Origin: a virus
Taxonomy: Duplodnaviria; Caudoviricetes
Reading direction: 5' to 3' (one strand)
Length of the DNA stretch: 57,680 nt
IMG/VR virus record: IMGVR_UViG_3300024264_000039
Span: 1-57,680 of that record
Part shown: in pieces, positions 55,391 through 57,680 of the stretch
Layout of the letters: the number at the start of each line of letters is the position of its first letter
Numbering within the stretch: the stretch's first letter is position 1
The notes under the pieces: model-generated
Told to the model about the DNA's origin: nothing
Databases searched by the model: none
Seen by the model: only the letters and a program-made list of their open reading frames with translations
Position numbers and translations under genes: made by a program

Positions 55391-57012
55391 CAGAGAATAT
55401 CTTTTTTACTCTTCATTGGTAGAATTTCTATTTCATTTTCTTCTTTATCAAAATATTTCATAGAAACTTTTATACATCTTACAGGGTTATTAGATTTTTT
55501 TTCAGTCGCTTTCTTAGGATATCTTTTAGGATGTCTAAGTTCTGCCTCAAAAAAATCCATTAACATTTGTCCTGTCCTGTCAATTTTAGCTTTCCATTCT
55601 TTATTTTTTAAAAAATTATAAAATGGATCAAATACAAAATAAGCAAAGCCATCAGTATCAATTAAGGTACTACCACTTCTAAATGCAGCATCACTTACTG
55701 CTGGAACACCATGAATGTAATCTTCTAAATGTTTATGTAATACTTCTTTTGGTGATGTACCTGGAGGAGCTTTTTCTGTTTTCATTCCTTGCCATAAAGT
55801 ATCTAACACCGTTTGCATATCATCACCCTTGATCCGTGGTGGTGGAATAGGTGTATGTGCTCCAATTAAACGTCTAAGTTTTTCTTGGTCCATGATGTAA
55901 TTAATATCTCTAGCGATTATTTGCTGCGTAGTTTCACCTTCTACTTTGTCATTGTAGTGTACCGTAAATCTAAACTCTGGATCTGGTGAGTAGTCTATTT
56001 TAATTAATGCAGATAGTGTTGGAAACTTTTTAACTTTATCGGAAGCGACTCCAAACTTTCTTTTAAGACATTCTGATTTAACACACATACTATTAATAGG
56101 TTCTTCTGAACAAGTATGTCCTGCAGTATCTTTTTTATAGGCTTTGATTTTTTGTTTTACTTTTTCATCACCCCATATGTTATCGTAAACAATATAATTT
56201 CTAGCACCTTCTAAAAGTTTTTCTTCCCAGTTGTCAGGGTATTTCTTTTTAGCAAACACCATGTAGTTATAAATAAATCTGTCTCTGTAATCATCTAGTT
56301 TAGATTTTGATAATCTTTGCAAACATACAGGACCATCTATGAATTCATCTGCACCACCTGTAAGTTCGAGTCTTATTAATTCATCAGCAAACTCTTCTAG
56401 ATCTTCTTTTGTCTTTGTGTTAGCCTCGACGACTTTTATAAATTGCTCAAAGGTAAACTCACTACCATCTAAATTTACACCTACTCTTTCATTACGATTG
56501 TAATAAGGTAGATTAATAAAATTACCGTTGATTGGTTTTTGATCTGAGCCTATACCTAACTGTGTTTGTTTTGGAAATATTTCTGTTGATGCTTTTAAAT
56601 CAAATGTAAATAATAACTTATCTAAAAAATTTCTTACAAAACTTGCTTTGACTGGTTCTTTAAAAAATACATAAATATGTAGTCCACCACTTTTAGATTT
56701 AACAGGTACGACTGGAATGTTTTTCTTATCAATAATTTCTAAATACTTTCGAAGATCAAAGTTATCATACTCATCAGAGTCTATATCAATTGCTCCAAAT
56801 TTTGCGAGTCCTTCATCATTACATGGTTGAATACCAATAGATTTTTTACCTGTAAGATGATCTAAATAATCAGACTCTAATAATTCTTTAGCTGCCCAGC
56901 CATATTTTAATTTTAATTTACCTGTAGCAGGGTCTTTGTAAGCAGAGTTTATATCAGCGTAGCCATAGTCTCTTTTAAGACCAGTAAATATTTCTATAAA
57001 TTTATTTTCCAT
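55390..57012 (-). CDS. Primase-polymerase (AEP-like)
   Basis: HL-x-G-x-x-x-IG, AIDID (DxD), SKSGGLH, EIFPKQ, GNFINLPY motifs and Cys cluster; start at MENK. Confidence 0.8.
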   Translation of the reverse strand: MENKFIEIFTGLKRDYGYADINSAYKDPATGKLKLKYGWAAKELLESDYLDHLTGKKSIGIQPCNDEGLAKFGAIDIDSDEYDNFDLRKYLEIIDKKNIPVVPVKSKSGGLHIYVFFKEPVKASFVRNFLDKLLFTFDLKASTEIFPKQTQLGIGSDQKPINGNFINLPYYNRNERVGVNLDGSEFTFEQFIKVVEANTKTKEDLEEFADELIRLELTGGADEFIDGPVCLQRLSKSKLDDYRDRFIYNYMVFAKKKYPDNWEEKLLEGARNYIVYDNIWGDEKVKQKIKAYKKDTAGHTCSEEPINSMCVKSECLKRKFGVASDKVKKFPTLSALIKIDYSPDPEFRFTVHYNDKVEGETTQQIIARDINYIMDQEKLRRLIGAHTPIPPPRIKGDDMQTVLDTLWQGMKTEKAPPGTSPKEVLHKHLEDYIHGVPAVSDAAFRSGSTLIDTDGFAYFVFDPFYNFLKNKEWKAKIDRTGQMLMDFFEAELRHPKRYPKKATEKKSNNPVRCIKVSMKYFDKEENEIEILPMKSKKDIL

Positions 57013-57026
57013 CTTTATATTTTTTT

Positions 57027-57056
57027 GGGGTGGGTCCACTCTCGCTTCGCCACCCC
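57027..57056. terminator. GC-rich hairpin between the SSB-like and primase genes
   Basis: GGGGTGG...CCACCCC inverted repeat. Confidence 0.45.
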
Positions 57057-57083
57057 TGTTGCAACTATTCCCATAAAGGAATC

Positions 57084-57680
57084 TTACATAATGTGAGCCG
57101 CTCCACCCGTAGACTTAGCAGTATCTTCTTCACCATGTTTAACTTGAACATCCCCTTTGGAAATGCTTTCAGAAAACTTTCTGGCTTGTTGATACGTGTT
57201 AGCGTCTTCGATTGGACCTATTTTGCTCACTTCCCAACCAAACCATGTACCTTTGTCGTTAGACTGTTGTACAGTTTTTAGCTGATAAAGATGGCTAAAA
57301 GATGCTGGTGTGAACATACCGTTCTTACCTTGCAACTTTATACTTTGCATCATGCTATTCCATTTTCTACTAATTTTTAATTGAGTAGATTTCATAGCAA
57401 TCAACGCAGTGGTTGGTGAAGCACTATTAACTACAACAAAATGTTGAGCAGTCTTTTCAATATAGTTACCGTTTGGAAGTCTATCTTTAAAGTCTGCACC
57501 TCTAGTTGTTTTAGTCATGATGTCACTAGACGAAGGATAGATATTGACCGGAGCACCTGATCCATCTTTTCCTCTGTCTTTCCACTCGACATACTCGAGT
57601 TTGTAGTAACACGGAATCACTGGGACCCCTTGTTCACCATTGAAGAGTTCACCTGTTACTGAGTTATAAATCATTCCAGA
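57084..57680 (-). CDS. C-terminal part of the putative ssDNA-binding protein (N-terminus at 1..313)
   Basis: In frame with 1..313 through the terminal overlap; aromatic beta-rich core and acidic tail. Confidence 0.65.
   Translation of the reverse strand, partial: SGMIYNSVTGELFNGEQGVPVIPCYYKLEYVEWKDRGKDGSGAPVNIYPSSSDIMTKTTRGADFKDRLPNGNYIEKTAQHFVVVNSASPTTALIAMKSTQLKISRKWNSMMQSIKLQGKNGMFTPASFSHLYQLKTVQQSNDKGTWFGWEVSKIGPIEDANTYQQARKFSESISKGDVQVKHGEEDTAKSTGGAAHIM
57554..57679. repeat. Terminal direct repeat / assembly overlap (right copy)
   Basis: Identical to 1-126. Confidence 0.95.

Noticed and set aside
57027-57040. GGGGTGGGTCC as a seventh island repeat
   Set aside because: Only the first 10 bases match; it forms a different hairpin.
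159-57281. Numerous 60-120 aa plus-strand and alternative-frame ORFs inside long genes (e.g. 625..885, 5799..5996, 24925..25281, 46274..46567, 48839..49042)
   Set aside because: Antisense or off-frame shadows of well-supported genes.
1-57680. tRNA, rRNA, integrase, transposase or RNA polymerase genes
   Set aside because: None recognised by eye; tRNAscan and HMM searches would be needed to exclude them formally.

Overview
The window is a complete, circularly assembled (about 57.55 kb unique; bases 1-126 repeat at 57554-57679) AT-rich dsDNA tailed-phage genome with podovirus-type head and tail genes. Gene content (family A DNA polymerase with Leu at the 762 position, primase-polymerase, SF1 and SNF2 helicases, GroES, M15 peptidase, 2OG-Fe(II) oxygenases; no recognisable RNA polymerase, integrase or ribonucleotide reductase) suggests a marine alphaproteobacterial phage, probably a SAR11 pelagiphage of the HTVC023P-like kind. 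That assignment is inference and was not verified by a search. Almost all genes are on the minus strand: replication (50982-57553 continuing into 1-2821), ejection/internal proteins (3188-13126), glycosyltransferases, tail, a carbamoyltransferase plus five 2OG-oxygenase-like genes inside the tail module (18004-22435), capsid, portal and terminase. The most unusual part is the 40560-43690 island between terL and terS. It has six co-oriented copies of an 18-bp GC-rich hairpin repeat, interleaved with matches to host DNA-binding-protein sites (a perfect parS, an NrdR-like box, a DnaA box) and a GC-rich structured RNA candidate, although no parB, nrdR or dnaA gene is recognisable in the phage. Other highlights are a stand-alone RNA polymerase alpha-CTD protein, a candidate RBS-sequestering RNA leader, an unannotated ribbon-helix-helix protein with TAGGAT boxes in several promoters, and an xxGG motif shared by many small and internal proteins.
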